From: Escherichia coli
Lineage (GTDB): Bacteria; Pseudomonadota; Gammaproteobacteria; Enterobacterales; Enterobacteriaceae
Assembly (NCBI RefSeq): GCF_016903815.1
Contig: NZ_CP069973.1
Strand: one strand, 5' to 3'
Length of the DNA stretch: 64,000 bases
The translations under genes and the position numbers were made by a program. Of this stretch, positions 44,342-54,609 are shown in pieces; the first letter of the stretch is position 1, and every line of letters begins with the position of its first letter. The notes beneath the pieces were generated by a model. It ran no database searches. It saw only the letters and a list, made by a program, of their open reading frames with translations, and was not told the origin of the DNA.

Positions 44342-44543
44342 CCGCCTGAGCGCGGCTTTACCGCATACCAATAATGCTTCACGAGAGGCATTTTAGTTAT
44401 GCAATCAAATATAAGGAGTTACCCATGATGCACTTTCAGCTCGCGGGTAGCGGCGTCATGTCCGCTTTCTACCCGCACGAATCTGAATTATCACGCCGAG
44501 TTAAACAATTAATCAGAGCAGCAAAGAAACAAATGGAGGCGTT

Positions 44544-44696
44544 ATGCGCAATGAAATAGCCATCAATCACCAGATGCTTCGTGCTGCACAGAACAAAGCA
44601 GTAATAGCCAGATTTATTGGTGATTCCAAAATGTGGCTTGAAGCAAATAAAGCGATGAAATCAGCTATCAACCTTCCGTGGTATCGCAGGAAATGA
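44544..44696 (+). CDS. Small protein, possibly Kil-like
   Basis: 50-aa ORF MRNEIAINHQMLRAAQNKAVIARFIGDSKMW... not in the ORF track (<60 aa); 'FIGD' segment loosely recalls lambda Kil; ATGA-coupled to a following 34-aa ORF (44693-44797). Confidence 0.3.
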   Translation: MRNEIAINHQMLRAAQNKAVIARFIGDSKMWLEANKAMKSAINLPWYRRK

Positions 44697-44777
44697 GTTT
44701 TACAGATAACTGGTCAGACGAAGAATTCATTCGTCAGATGAACAAAATGCTCAATCAGCACAAAGAACAGGAGAAAG

Positions 44778-45089
44778 ATGATGATTCTGACTCTGAATGA
44801 TAAGCGTGAAATATCGCAAATAATCGCAAGTTTTACTGATGAAGATTACGAACGAATCAACAGTGAAGTTGATCGCCTCTGCAAACGTTGCGACCCAATA
44901 AGCGAAATGCTTCGCTCATATAAACCAGATGAACACACTAAGGACGCTATCGACTGGCTGGAAGATGATGACTGTAACTATCAGGAAAAAGCCGCTGAAT
45001 GGTTCTGGGATGCAATAACCGAAAGAGTTAAGGCTGAATATGCCTTCGCAATATTCAAACGCAGACATATTTATGGAGAAGCTGCATGA
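44778..45089 (+). CDS. Hypothetical protein
   Basis: 103-aa ORF, ATGA-coupled to the recT-like gene. Confidence 0.4.
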   Translation: MMILTLNDKREISQIIASFTDEDYERINSEVDRLCKRCDPISEMLRSYKPDEHTKDAIDWLEDDDCNYQEKAAEWFWDAITERVKAEYAFAIFKRRHIYGEAA

Positions 45090-45997
45090 GCAATATCGTT
45101 GAATTCGTTAAACAGCAAGAGCAGTTATTCTGCGGAGCATTGACTGAACAGACGGTGACATGGGCTAAGGAAAGCCAGTTTGCAATTCAGTATTTCCAGA
45201 AAAATGATTACCTGGCTAAAACGGCACTGGCAAATCCAACCAGCGCACAGAACGCCATCATCAATGTTGCGGCGATCGGCATCACCTTAAACCCGGCCAG
45301 CAAACTGGCTTATCTGGTTCCTCGCGACGGCATGGTGTGCCTTGATATCAGTTATATGGGATTGCTCCATATTGCAATGGAGTCTGGTGTTATCTCATGG
45401 GGTCAGGCAAAACTTGTTCATGCTAACGATACCTATGAGTCAAACGGGCTTGATAAAGCACCAACCCATAAATACAACGCCTTCGGTGATCGTGGTGATA
45501 TCGTTGGCGTTTACTGCACAGTTAAGACGCCAGCAGGTGATTATCTAACGGAAGAGATGAGTCTGGCTGAAATTGAGGCTGTAAGGAAAACAAGCAAGGC
45601 GGCATTCAGCGATAAAGGACCATGGGTAAATCACTGGAATGAGATGGCGCGAAAGACGGTCGTAAAGCGTGCAAGCAAGTTTTGGCCTAAGGCATCACGT
45701 CTTGATAGTGCTATTCACGTACTAAACGAAGAAGAAGGTGTGTGGACTGAACCAGTTATGCCGCACAAATCAGAGGAAGATATCCGCGAAGATGAACGGA
45801 AACGCCAGCAGGAAATAACGGATAAAGCACAACTTCTTTGTGATGAAATGGCTCAGGCTGAAAACATGGATGATTTGAAGCGATATTTTGCAGAAGCATA
45901 TCGCCTGACATCTGGAATGAAATTGCAGCAGAACGTACAAGCCATTTACGCAGAATGCAAAGCGAAACTGGAGGTTGCCAGTGAGCAAACTATATGA
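45086..45997 (+). CDS. recT: Single-strand annealing recombinase (RecT family)
   Basis: 303 aa; 'GPWVNHWNEMARKTVVKRASKFWP' resembles the RecT family core as I recall Rac RecT. Confidence 0.75.
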   Translation: MSNIVEFVKQQEQLFCGALTEQTVTWAKESQFAIQYFQKNDYLAKTALANPTSAQNAIINVAAIGITLNPASKLAYLVPRDGMVCLDISYMGLLHIAMESGVISWGQAKLVHANDTYESNGLDKAPTHKYNAFGDRGDIVGVYCTVKTPAGDYLTEEMSLAEIEAVRKTSKAAFSDKGPWVNHWNEMARKTVVKRASKFWPKASRLDSAIHVLNEEEGVWTEPVMPHKSEEDIREDERKRQQEITDKAQLLCDEMAQAENMDDLKRYFAEAYRLTSGMKLQQNVQAIYAECKAKLEVASEQTI

Positions 45998-46463
45998 AAT
46001 TGCCAATGAATACGCAAAATTGATGGATTCAGATTTAGAACCAGAGATGATTGCTGACACAATAGAAGGCATGGAAGGAGAATTTACCGATAAAATAGAG
46101 CAACTTCTTGCCATTATTAAAAATGAATCTGGTTATGCTGAACGCCTCAAGGAAGAGGCAAAGTCACTGAATGAGCGAGCCGCAGTAATTCAAAATAAGA
46201 TTGAGAGCATCAAATCATATATAGCGTCATCGCTTGAAATGGTTGGCAAGAAAAAGATTCGAGCAGGTATTCACCAGGTAACAATCCGCAAACCGTCAGA
46301 AACTGTAGAAATCATCGACTCAAGCGCCCTTCCTCCTGAATACGTTGAGTTTGAAACGACAATTAAAGCCGACAAACTGGCAATCAAACACCAACTAAAA
46401 GCAGGAATAAATATCCCCGGCGCTCAACTCAAAGTTGGGAAACCTTCACTTCTTATCAAATAA
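45975..46463 (+). CDS. Hypothetical recombination-associated protein
   Basis: 162-aa ORF (non-ATG start in the track); immediately downstream of recT; coiled-coil composition. Confidence 0.4.
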   Translation: MPVSKLYEIANEYAKLMDSDLEPEMIADTIEGMEGEFTDKIEQLLAIIKNESGYAERLKEEAKSLNERAAVIQNKIESIKSYIASSLEMVGKKKIRAGIHQVTIRKPSETVEIIDSSALPPEYVEFETTIKADKLAIKHQLKAGINIPGAQLKVGKPSLLIK

Positions 46464-46474
46464 CGGTATCGACT

Positions 46475-46789
46475 ATGAAAAAGACTCCATGGGAGAAATG
46501 GGAAGTCGATTTCTTGCGCGAGGTAGCGGCGACAATGCCAGTTGAAGTTATCGCTGAAAAACTGGAAAGGACTGAAAAAGCAGTAATGGCGAAAGCAACA
46601 AGGATTGGCGCTGACATTGTTAGCCGACTTCGTGGAAGACGATGGACAAGAGCCGAAGTATCACTTTTCGGTAAGTTCTCCGCAGAAGAAATAGCAATTG
46701 CAACCTGCCGCTCAATTTATTCAGTAAGAGCTATGCGATACAAGCTAAAAAAACTCGATGAAGAAAGAGCAGGCATACGAATAAATTAA
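46475..46789 (+). CDS. Hypothetical protein
   Basis: 104-aa ORF with plausible spacing. Confidence 0.4.
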   Translation: MKKTPWEKWEVDFLREVAATMPVEVIAEKLERTEKAVMAKATRIGADIVSRLRGRRWTRAEVSLFGKFSAEEIAIATCRSIYSVRAMRYKLKKLDEERAGIRIN

Positions 46790-46805
46790 CATGGAGTAAT
46801 TAACA

Positions 46806-47087
46806 ATGAAGCTAAACATCGACCTTGGAAAATACGTTATTACCGGAACCAAACACGACCTGATTCTTAGTGAAAGAGGAATTATCAAAGAAGGCGAGAA
46901 TGCAGGGAAAGAAACACTAAGTCGTATCGGTTATTACAGCAAGTTTGAGCATCTGGTTAAAGAGTTATGCAACCGTGAAATCCTGTTATCTCAGGCGCAG
47001 ACACTACAGGATATTCAGCAGCATATCGAGACTTTAGGTGTATCACTTAGCACGGCTGTTGACCAGTTCGCGGAGAGTAAATCATGA
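46806..47087 (+). CDS. Hypothetical protein
   Basis: 93-aa ORF; stop overlaps the next small ORF. Confidence 0.4.
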   Translation: MKLNIDLGKYVITGTKHDLILSERGIIKEGENAGKETLSRIGYYSKFEHLVKELCNREILLSQAQTLQDIQQHIETLGVSLSTAVDQFAESKS

Positions 47088-47247
47088 GAGGACTTGCATA
47101 CAATCCCGGCATTCTTCCGGCAGAAATGATTATTCGCCAACGCGTAAAGCCAATGCCATCGAGAGAGGAATTGCTTAAGAGAAATTCTTTTCCATCAGTG
47201 AATCAAAACAAATATCTGAATTCGATGTGGCGCAAAGGAGGCAAGCA

Positions 47248-47502
47248 GTGAGTAATTCCGCACGACTACAGCTTGGTTTTTCACCGCTATCAAAAACTAT
47301 CATGCTGGCAAAAATGCGCGATGTTGAAGGTGGACGTATGCGCGTTGGCAATGATCCAGGTCGTGATGTTACCAATGAGGCTGCTCAATTGGTGTGGCGA
47401 CTGGTCATGGCTGAAGGTGGTGAGATCGCGTGGGAACTTGATGATGGTTCTCGCATGGTGTTGAAGGCAGAGAAGCAGGAGACAACCAGTGAGCAAGATT
47501 GA
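47248..47502 (+). CDS. Hypothetical protein
   Basis: ORF 47227-47502; probable GTG start at 47248, GTGA-coupled to the preceding 55-aa ORF (47084-47251). Confidence 0.35.
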   Translation: MSNSARLQLGFSPLSKTIMLAKMRDVEGGRMRVGNDPGRDVTNEAAQLVWRLVMAEGGEIAWELDDGSRMVLKAEKQETTSEQD

Positions 47503-48181
47503 CTATCAGGCACTGCGTGATGTGGCAGTGAAAGCCGGTAAAGATAAGTGGCAAGCTAAAAAAATAAACGGTGATTTTTTCGTTATTCGTCACGGTAGTT
47601 ATACAAGACAGCATGGCTACACATTGTATCAACCCATTGCGGAGATTGATTGTAAGTCAGTCCGGGATTTTGTTGCCAAGGCTAATCCGGCTACCGTGCT
47701 TGCGCTTCTTGATGAACTGGAAGCTCAAAGCAAACGCATTGCAGAGCTGGAGAAAAAAGCTGCACCAGATTCGTTTGGCATCATCGGTGAAAATATTCGA
47801 ACACAGGATAATCGAATAACGTCAGACCCTATGTTTTGTGTGTATCAAAAGCGCGAAATCGTTGTTGATGCTGATTATGACTATGACCGGATTGTCTGGG
47901 TTGATGAAGATGGTAATGAAGCCAATAAACGCCAAAGTCGTCGTCTCGAACTACTTCACGAAAACTTTCGAGAGCCACAAGAAAAATGGCGGCGCGTTGC
48001 TGTGAAAGATATTGATGAATTCGTTACCTGCTGTTTCACCGAACAGGGTTGTAAAGACTACCTGGCAGCCAATGGTCACAATCTTCGCTTGCCATTTATA
48101 TATGTAAAAAGCGGTTTCAGGAACGCTGAATATATCGGCATAAGAAACTGGCTTGCTGGCATTCGCATCAAAGGAGAGTGA
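47489..48181 (+). CDS. Hypothetical protein (Ead/Ea22-like early protein)
   Basis: 230-aa ORF overlapping the preceding stop. Confidence 0.4.
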   Translation: MSKIDYQALRDVAVKAGKDKWQAKKINGDFFVIRHGSYTRQHGYTLYQPIAEIDCKSVRDFVAKANPATVLALLDELEAQSKRIAELEKKAAPDSFGIIGENIRTQDNRITSDPMFCVYQKREIVVDADYDYDRIVWVDEDGNEANKRQSRRLELLHENFREPQEKWRRVAVKDIDEFVTCCFTEQGCKDYLAANGHNLRLPFIYVKSGFRNAEYIGIRNWLAGIRIKGE

Positions 48182-48182
48182 T

Positions 48183-48392
48183 ATGGCTATCGCTGCAAGT
48201 TACACCATGCATCTCTATTGTGATTGCCTCCAGTGTACAGATGGCAAATATAAGTCGCCAGACTTCGGTGAGTATATAGGTACGTCATGGGCTGGCTGTG
48301 CAAAAGAGGCGCGCAAGGATGGCTGGCGAATAAGCAAAGACAAAACGCGTGCTTTTGCGCCCGGGCATAAAGTTTTGAGGATTAACAAATGA
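48183..48392 (+). CDS. Hypothetical Cys-rich small protein
   Basis: ORF 48153-48392; ATG at 48183; CxxC-containing. Confidence 0.35.
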   Translation: MAIAASYTMHLYCDCLQCTDGKYKSPDFGEYIGTSWAGCAKEARKDGWRISKDKTRAFAPGHKVLRINK

Positions 48393-49180
48393 CCACTTTA
48401 ACCGACAAAGAACTGATTAAAGAAATCAAAGAGCGCATAGGCAGCTTGGACGTTCGAGACAATATTGAGCGCCGTGCTTATGAAATTGCACTGGCATCGC
48501 TGGAAGCAGAGCCGATAGGTTTCCGTTGCAGGCGCAATGATAACCTTGGTGACTGGAGTTACGTATATCATCGAGAGCCAGATGATTTTGAGCGCAAACA
48601 TTTAGTGATAGAGGGCATTTACGCCTCCCCTCCAGCGCCAGTAGTACCGGAAGAAAAACCAATGCCTAATCCTCTTAGCATGTACGCGGTTGATGCTGTT
48701 GCCGCTATTGCAGAGGTGAGAGGCTGGAACGCCTGCCGCGCTGCCATGCTTCATAGTGCCGAACCTGCAAGTAATCATGAAGAGTTGCCGCTTGATTATC
48801 TCCAAGGTCAAAAAGATGGTCTTGAATGGGCTGCGCAGCTTGCAGAAGCAAATCACCCACAAACTGGCGACTGGCTTTACGATGACCCGCTGGAGCTGGC
48901 TAAAGCTATCAGAAAAGGTCCTGACATGCCCGAATTCGATGGACCAACTCCGGTGACTCCGGATAGTTGGATAAGCTGTAGTGATCGAATGCCGGAAGAC
49001 ACCAAAATGTTACTGGCATTTAGTCAAGGTCAAATAGTGGCAGCATATTGGAACTGGGTAGTGAGTCCAATTGATTACAAAAAATACAGAGCTTTCACAT
49101 ATTTATCAGGCAATATCTTGGATGACGTAACCCACTGGATGCCACTACCGGAACCGCCGCAGGAGGCTGACAATGGCTAA
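48389..49180 (+). CDS. Hypothetical protein
   Basis: 263-aa ORF with ATGA overlap to the upstream ORF. Confidence 0.45.
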   Translation: MTTLTDKELIKEIKERIGSLDVRDNIERRAYEIALASLEAEPIGFRCRRNDNLGDWSYVYHREPDDFERKHLVIEGIYASPPAPVVPEEKPMPNPLSMYAVDAVAAIAEVRGWNACRAAMLHSAEPASNHEELPLDYLQGQKDGLEWAAQLAEANHPQTGDWLYDDPLELAKAIRKGPDMPEFDGPTPVTPDSWISCSDRMPEDTKMLLAFSQGQIVAAYWNWVVSPIDYKKYRAFTYLSGNILDDVTHWMPLPEPPQEADNG

Positions 49181-49457
49181 TCTGCAACTGGCAGTGAACG
49201 GCGAATACTTCGACCAGATGAAGCGGGGCGAGAAAACGGAAGAGTATCGCCTGTGTAATGACTACTGGAATAAGCGAATTATGTTCCGGGAGTATGACCG
49301 CCTGATTATCACAAAGGGATATCCGAAGCGCGACGATTCCAGTCGCAGAATTGATGTTCCGTATGGTGGATATGAAATCAAGACAATCATACATCCACAC
49401 TTCGGTGATAAACCGGTAAAGGTGTTCGCGATAAAGGTGAATATCGGCAATGAATAA
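49173..49457 (+). CDS. Hypothetical protein (possibly ASCH-like)
   Basis: 94-aa ORF overlapping the upstream stop. Confidence 0.35.
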   Translation: MANLQLAVNGEYFDQMKRGEKTEEYRLCNDYWNKRIMFREYDRLIITKGYPKRDDSSRRIDVPYGGYEIKTIIHPHFGDKPVKVFAIKVNIGNE

Positions 49458-49753
49458 CATCCTCGCACTCGCGGGGATTTCTTTTATCTGAACTCGCTAC
49501 GGCGGGTTTTGTTTTATGGAGATGATAAATGCACTTCCGAGTCACTGGTGAATGGAATGGAGAGCCATTCGACAGGGTTATAGAAGCAGAGGACATCAAC
49601 GACTGCTATAACCACTGGATGATATGGGCGCAGATAGCGCATGCAGACGTAACCAATATTCGAATTGAAGAACTGAAAGAACACCAAGACGCCTGATGGC
49701 GGTTTTTTATTGCCTGATTTGCAGGTTCGATTCCCTATTCGGAGATAGCACTC

Positions 49754-49954
49754 ATGCAACACGAACTACAGCCTGATTCACTGGTTGATTTGAAATTCAT
49801 CATGGCCGATACTGGCTTTGGTAAAACCTTCATCTATGACCGGATTAAGTCCGGCGACCTTCCTAAAGCCAAAGTTATCCACGGACGAGCAAGATGGTTA
49901 TATCGTGACCATTGTGAATTTAAAAATAAGCTCTTAAGCCGCGCCAATGGGTAA
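49754..49954 (+). CDS. AlpA-family excisionase / DNA-binding regulator (Xis) for prophage 1
   Basis: 66 aa, HTH; ends 74 bp before the att repeat at 50028; in the circular phage it would sit directly upstream of attP and the int gene at 10996. Confidence 0.65.
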   Translation: MQHELQPDSLVDLKFIMADTGFGKTFIYDRIKSGDLPKAKVIHGRARWLYRDHCEFKNKLLSRANG

Positions 49955-50027
49955 AATAGCGGGTAAAATATTTCTCACATCTAAAAAACACCATTCCAAT
50001 CAATCCCCTGCCGCTTCAAGTAGATGT

Positions 50028-50043
50028 CTGCAGGGGACACCAT
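50028..50043. repeat. att core repeat (copy of argW 3' end); right junction of prophage 1 and left junction of island 2
   Basis: 16-bp CTGCAGGGGACACCAT identical to argW positions 10820-10835. Confidence 0.8.
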
Positions 50044-50206
50044 CCCGCTGTACACCAACGTCTACCATTGTCTATAAATCCCATGTAAACATATAAAAAT
50101 AAAGAGATTTTATTCTCATGACGTCCATTTCCGTCTATTGAAATCAAGTAAATCTATGGGGCATAATTAGGGGCATTGCTGGTTCGATTGTATATGTGCC
50201 CCCAAC

Positions 50207-51493
50207 ATGTCCAGAAATACCCTCAACAAATTAACAGACCGTCAGTGCAAAGCAGCTAAGCCACGAGACAAAACTTATAAATTGTCTGATGGTGGTGGTC
50301 TTTATCTTGAAGTATCCCAGACCGGGTCGAAGTATTGGCGAATGAAGTATCGCCGCCCATCAGATAAGAAAGAAGACAGACTTGCTTTTGGTGTATATCC
50401 AACCATTAGCTTACAAGACGCCAGAGAAAAACGAGACAACGCCAAAAAGTTGTTAGTCAAGGGGATAGATCCCAAAGCAGAGCAAAGAGCAGCAAAAGCA
50501 GAAGAAAAAGGCGCATTCACTTTTGAGACAATAGGACGTCAATGGGTTGAAAGCCACCAGATGTGGAACGAAGACCACCGAAAACGCGTACTTAGAAGCC
50601 TTGAAATGTATATTTTCCCTCACATTGGCACTTCGGATATTCGCAAACTGGAGGCGATGACAATTTTACCTTTGTTTAAGAAGGTAGATGACGCCGGGAA
50701 ACACGATACAGCCAACCGACTTAAACAACGAGTTAAGGACATCATACATAGCGCCCGTCTGAGCGGCATTAAGACAGAAATCATCACGAATGATCTCGAT
50801 GTCCGGTTAATGCAATATGAAACTAAGCATCATGCCGCACTACATCCCAGAGATTTACCAGACTTTTTCACTCGATTGGGCAGCTTTAAAGGTAATCCTC
50901 TTACCCGCCTTGCCATTGAGCTAACCATGTTGACATTTGTTCGTTCAAGCGAGTTAAGGTTTGCCCGTTGGAAAGAGTTTGACCTTGATCGGGCTGAGTG
51001 GATTATCCCTAAAAAAAGAGAGCCTATCGATGGTGTGAGGTTTTCCACCCGTGGCACAAAAACGGGAAAAGACGAACATATCGTGCTTCTTAGCCGTCAG
51101 GCTGTTTCTATTGTAAAGCAGTTGAGAGAACTAAGCGGAAGCTACGATGTTGTGTTTCCGAATGAAAGAAACACCAAAGGCGTGATGAGTGAAAACACGG
51201 TAAACAAGGCATTACGCTTAATGGGCTATAACACGCAAGAGGACGTAACTGGACATGGATTCCGTGCCACAGCCTGTAGTTCCCTGATGGAGTCCGGTTT
51301 GTGGCAGGAGGACGCAGTAGAGCGCCAGATGAGCCACAAAGAATATAAAGACGTTAAAAGAGCCTACAAGCACAAGGCTGATTACTTAGAAGAGCGCAAA
51401 CTAATGCTTCAATGGTGGGCAGATTATCTGGACGCCAATCGAGAAATACATATAAGCCCTTACGAGTTCGGAAGGAGAACACGCCGTGACTAA
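50207..51493 (+). CDS. P4-family tyrosine integrase (second, distinct integrase)
   Basis: 428 aa; N-terminal MSRNTLNKLTDRQCKAAKPRDKTYKLSDGGGLYLEV... (P4-int arm-binding type) and C-terminal catalytic 'HGFRATA' region; sits next to the att repeat. Confidence 0.9.
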   Translation: MSRNTLNKLTDRQCKAAKPRDKTYKLSDGGGLYLEVSQTGSKYWRMKYRRPSDKKEDRLAFGVYPTISLQDAREKRDNAKKLLVKGIDPKAEQRAAKAEEKGAFTFETIGRQWVESHQMWNEDHRKRVLRSLEMYIFPHIGTSDIRKLEAMTILPLFKKVDDAGKHDTANRLKQRVKDIIHSARLSGIKTEIITNDLDVRLMQYETKHHAALHPRDLPDFFTRLGSFKGNPLTRLAIELTMLTFVRSSELRFARWKEFDLDRAEWIIPKKREPIDGVRFSTRGTKTGKDEHIVLLSRQAVSIVKQLRELSGSYDVVFPNERNTKGVMSENTVNKALRLMGYNTQEDVTGHGFRATACSSLMESGLWQEDAVERQMSHKEYKDVKRAYKHKADYLEERKLMLQWWADYLDANREIHISPYEFGRRTRRD

Positions 51494-52241
51494 GATGACA
51501 GGACTAGATGCGTTTTATAACGAGTCAGAAGATAAAATCTGGTTTGGTAATCTGATCAGCGAACTGGCAAGACTAAACAATGAAAATGAAAGAATGATCG
51601 CTGCCGCTATCTTAAGTAACTACAGATTGAGCAAAGCTAAACCAGATACTTTAGGGGGGCTGGGCTTTTATCAGTTCGATTGGGTATCAGGTTTTACAAC
51701 TAATGACGACTTTGAAAAGCAGTGTGTGGAGTTTTTAGGTCTTCTGGCTATGGGGCATGAATACAGGGAGAGCCCGATACCGGGGGAAGAAGGGACTTTC
51801 AACGTTAGGAAAGGGGAAGACTTTTTATATCACGATGATGAGGATGATTGGTATGGGTCTTACGATTCGTTTTATTTCAAGCGCTCCGAGGTTGTGAACT
51901 TCTTCCCAGAACTGGATATGAATGTTCCAGATAACGAACCAGAAATTGGAGCACTGTCAAAAAAAGTAGAAAGAGAACAAAACTGGAGAGGAAAAGATAC
52001 GGCTTTAAAGATGATCGCCGGAATGGCGATTGCCTTATTTGAATCAAGCAAAGATTTCCATAGTGGAGGAAACCTTAGTATCAATAGGGTTAGTGCCCAA
52101 GTAATAGAAAACAACATAATATTCGGGAACGATGAAGACAGCGATACCCACCCAGATACATTTCGGAGATTGCTAACGAACGCTTTGGATAAGTACGCCC
52201 CCAAATTTAAGAAAAAAGCAACCAAAAAGCGTCCAAAATAA
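51486..52241 (+). CDS. Hypothetical acidic protein, overlapping the integrase stop
   Basis: 251-aa ORF overlapping int2 by 8 bp; no recognised motifs. Confidence 0.45.
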   Translation: MTKMTGLDAFYNESEDKIWFGNLISELARLNNENERMIAAAILSNYRLSKAKPDTLGGLGFYQFDWVSGFTTNDDFEKQCVEFLGLLAMGHEYRESPIPGEEGTFNVRKGEDFLYHDDEDDWYGSYDSFYFKRSEVVNFFPELDMNVPDNEPEIGALSKKVEREQNWRGKDTALKMIAGMAIALFESSKDFHSGGNLSINRVSAQVIENNIIFGNDEDSDTHPDTFRRLLTNALDKYAPKFKKKATKKRPK

Positions 52242-52397
52242 AGGAAGGATGTTCCCAAATTGTGCGTTAGAACTAAAAAATAACGCCCAATTTGGGGTAA
52301 TTCTATTCCCAAAAATTTTTTCTCCAAATTCACAGAAAACTTAAAAAAACAATGATTTACTATCTCACATAGTCAAGCAACGTATTACGAGGTAGAT

Positions 52398-52589
52398 ATG
52401 AAAAAGTCGCTGATTCGGCTATCTGAGGTTTTGAAACGCACTGGCTATAGCAAGGCGTGGGTATATGCTCTGATGAGCCGAGGACAATTCCCCCAATCAG
52501 TCAAGATTGGTGCTCGCGCAATAGCTTTTATTGAAAGCGAGATCGATGACTGGATCGATCAACGTATAGCCGAATCGCGTAGTAACTAA
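52398..52589 (+). CDS. AlpA-family transcriptional regulator / excisionase (island 2)
   Basis: 63 aa; 'RLSEVLKRTGYSKAWVYALMSRGQFPQSVKIGARAIAFIESEIDDWI' resembles the AlpA HTH family. Confidence 0.65.
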   Translation: MKKSLIRLSEVLKRTGYSKAWVYALMSRGQFPQSVKIGARAIAFIESEIDDWIDQRIAESRSN

Positions 52590-52637
52590 AGAACAGAAAC
52601 AAACAGGATACAAACAATACGTTATTAGGTATTAAGA

Positions 52638-52829
52638 ATGCAGTTGAAACCTACCAATCAAAAGCTGAACGTAACCCATGTTGATTTTGAAACCTTCGCG
52701 GCACTGATTAGATCAGAGCCACAAAAGGTGAGCACCAGCACCTGGGTTTATGATGTGAAATCCACCAGCGGTGGAAAAGCTATCGGCATTGCCTCTGGCG
52801 ATGATTACTTAGTAATAGATCTGATTTAA
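52638..52829 (+). CDS. Hypothetical small protein
   Basis: 63-aa ORF; position only. Confidence 0.3.
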   Translation: MQLKPTNQKLNVTHVDFETFAALIRSEPQKVSTSTWVYDVKSTSGGKAIGIASGDDYLVIDLI

Positions 52830-52910
52830 TCGCACAAAAATTGTAGAGTAATTTGGGGAGACAGGAAGTCTCCTCCATATTACATTTTGGTACAACAGTA
52901 AGGGAATAAA

Positions 52911-53105
52911 ATGATTAATTACCTGACCGCTAAAGACGCAGCAGAATATCTTGGCGTCTGTCTGTCACGCTTCTATCAGTTAAAGCGATATATCCGAAGC
53001 TTTCCTCCCTATATAAATCAGACCATCAATGGACGCAAGCGCCGGGTGTGGCTTGCCTCCAGCCTTGATCAATTTGCCGACAGATTTCTGGGGGGACGAA
53101 AATGA
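52911..53105 (+). CDS. Small HTH DNA-binding protein
   Basis: 64 aa; 'LTAKDAAEYLGVCLSRFYQLKR' looks like an HTH; ATGA overlap with the next ORF. Confidence 0.4.
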   Translation: MINYLTAKDAAEYLGVCLSRFYQLKRYIRSFPPYINQTINGRKRRVWLASSLDQFADRFLGGRK

Positions 53106-53488
53106 GCACTCTTACACGCTCTCAGGTCGCCGCGAATATACGCGATATCCTACTAAGTGGCAGGAAGCTTACCCCAAAAGAGTTTGACGACATATTAAGG
53201 AAAGCCGGAAATCACGAACGTAGTCGCGTTTTAACGCTGTTACGCAACGATTGGGGAATTCCTGTTGAGCAGTTTAAAACAGAGGCGTATCACGTCACAG
53301 AACGCAATTTAGAAGCATACCACAGCGATAAAGACGAAACATTGAAGATCTGGAGGACGAACGCCAGATATGTAAAGACATTGCGTAAGGTAAACATAAC
53401 GTTGTCGTTGTTGCGTGGGCTGGTGGGTAAAGTGCCTGAAGACACGCTTAGAACTGTTTACAAGGGTATTGAAACCAAATACCTGTGA
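53102..53488 (+). CDS. Hypothetical protein
   Basis: 128-aa ORF coupled to the upstream HTH gene. Confidence 0.4.
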   Translation: MSTLTRSQVAANIRDILLSGRKLTPKEFDDILRKAGNHERSRVLTLLRNDWGIPVEQFKTEAYHVTERNLEAYHSDKDETLKIWRTNARYVKTLRKVNITLSLLRGLVGKVPEDTLRTVYKGIETKYL

Positions 53489-53556
53489 TTGACAAAGCAG
53501 AAAGCCGACTTTGCGAGAGTCGGCTTTGAAGCAATTGAAATATATGAACTTTACAC

Positions 53557-54609
53557 ATGGAATTATACGATAAAGACGCGAGTCTATCCACAAAATCACA
53601 AGCCGTAATCAATCACATCAATGGTCGCACATTAGCTTATGTGAGATCAGTTACGCACAAACGTAATGAATTAAAGGCGGAGAATAAACGCCAATCATCA
53701 AAGGCTAACCACTGCATACCACCAGCTTGGACAAAGAAGAAATGGCGTACAATGAGGCGAGCTTTGTTTACTCTGGATGTCGAATCAACTAGTGGTATCC
53801 CCTACTCCTTTACCTTCAGACCCGTTAAGGGAACAACGCCAGAGAAATTCAACAAAGCGTTAAAGGCACTTACCAGATGGTTGACTTCGAAAGGCAATCA
53901 GTGGGTTTACGTCATGGAGTGGGCTCAACACCAGTCAGAGCCGCATGTACACGCAATAATTATGGTGAACGAAAGAAGCATTAATGGGCAAGCAGGCAAA
54001 ATTGTCAGCAAATGGGTAACACTGGCAAACAATGCAATCCCATCAAATGTTCCTCCCCAGTGGGATCTAGATTTGAAAGGTCAGCAATATTCAGAGCCTA
54101 CAAGGTGTATAGGTAAACAGATTGATTACATGGCAAAACCCGAAACTAAGTTAAATGACTTTAATAGAGAGGCGAGCAAGAGCCTATATGATTGGTCAGA
54201 TGCCAACGTTTGGGGTTATTCGAATGGCTGGGCGCGGCATGAGATAAAAAAAGAAACACTTTCTATCACTGGCTTTCATGCTGTAAGACGCATACTAAAA
54301 GCCATTCAGGCATCAAGGAAAGACAACTACAAAGTTAAGCGACAGATACAGCGTACATTGAAACGACAAGACATAAATCGCTCACCAATCACCCCGTTCC
54401 AAGCACCGTTAATTAGCAAACACGATTGGGATTTATCAGTGATAGCGGTCACCAAAGAGGCAGAGACAGAGCGCAGGGAGTTACTATCCTCACAGACAAT
54501 AAACTCGAACAAAGTACAAACCCACCCGCTGTTAAGGATGTTAAGAAAAGCACGAGTGAGAGCATCCAGAGCCAGAAGAGAAAGCGGAGGTTATGACCAT
54601 TACTACTAG
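53557..54609 (+). CDS. Putative replication initiation protein (HUH-type Rep)
   Basis: 350 aa; candidate HUH motif 'PHVHAIIMV'; basic C-terminus; followed by GC-rich short repeats (54670-54730) in an AT-rich context. Confidence 0.5.
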   Translation: MELYDKDASLSTKSQAVINHINGRTLAYVRSVTHKRNELKAENKRQSSKANHCIPPAWTKKKWRTMRRALFTLDVESTSGIPYSFTFRPVKGTTPEKFNKALKALTRWLTSKGNQWVYVMEWAQHQSEPHVHAIIMVNERSINGQAGKIVSKWVTLANNAIPSNVPPQWDLDLKGQQYSEPTRCIGKQIDYMAKPETKLNDFNREASKSLYDWSDANVWGYSNGWARHEIKKETLSITGFHAVRRILKAIQASRKDNYKVKRQIQRTLKRQDINRSPITPFQAPLISKHDWDLSVIAVTKEAETERRELLSSQTINSNKVQTHPLLRMLRKARVRASRARRESGGYDHYY

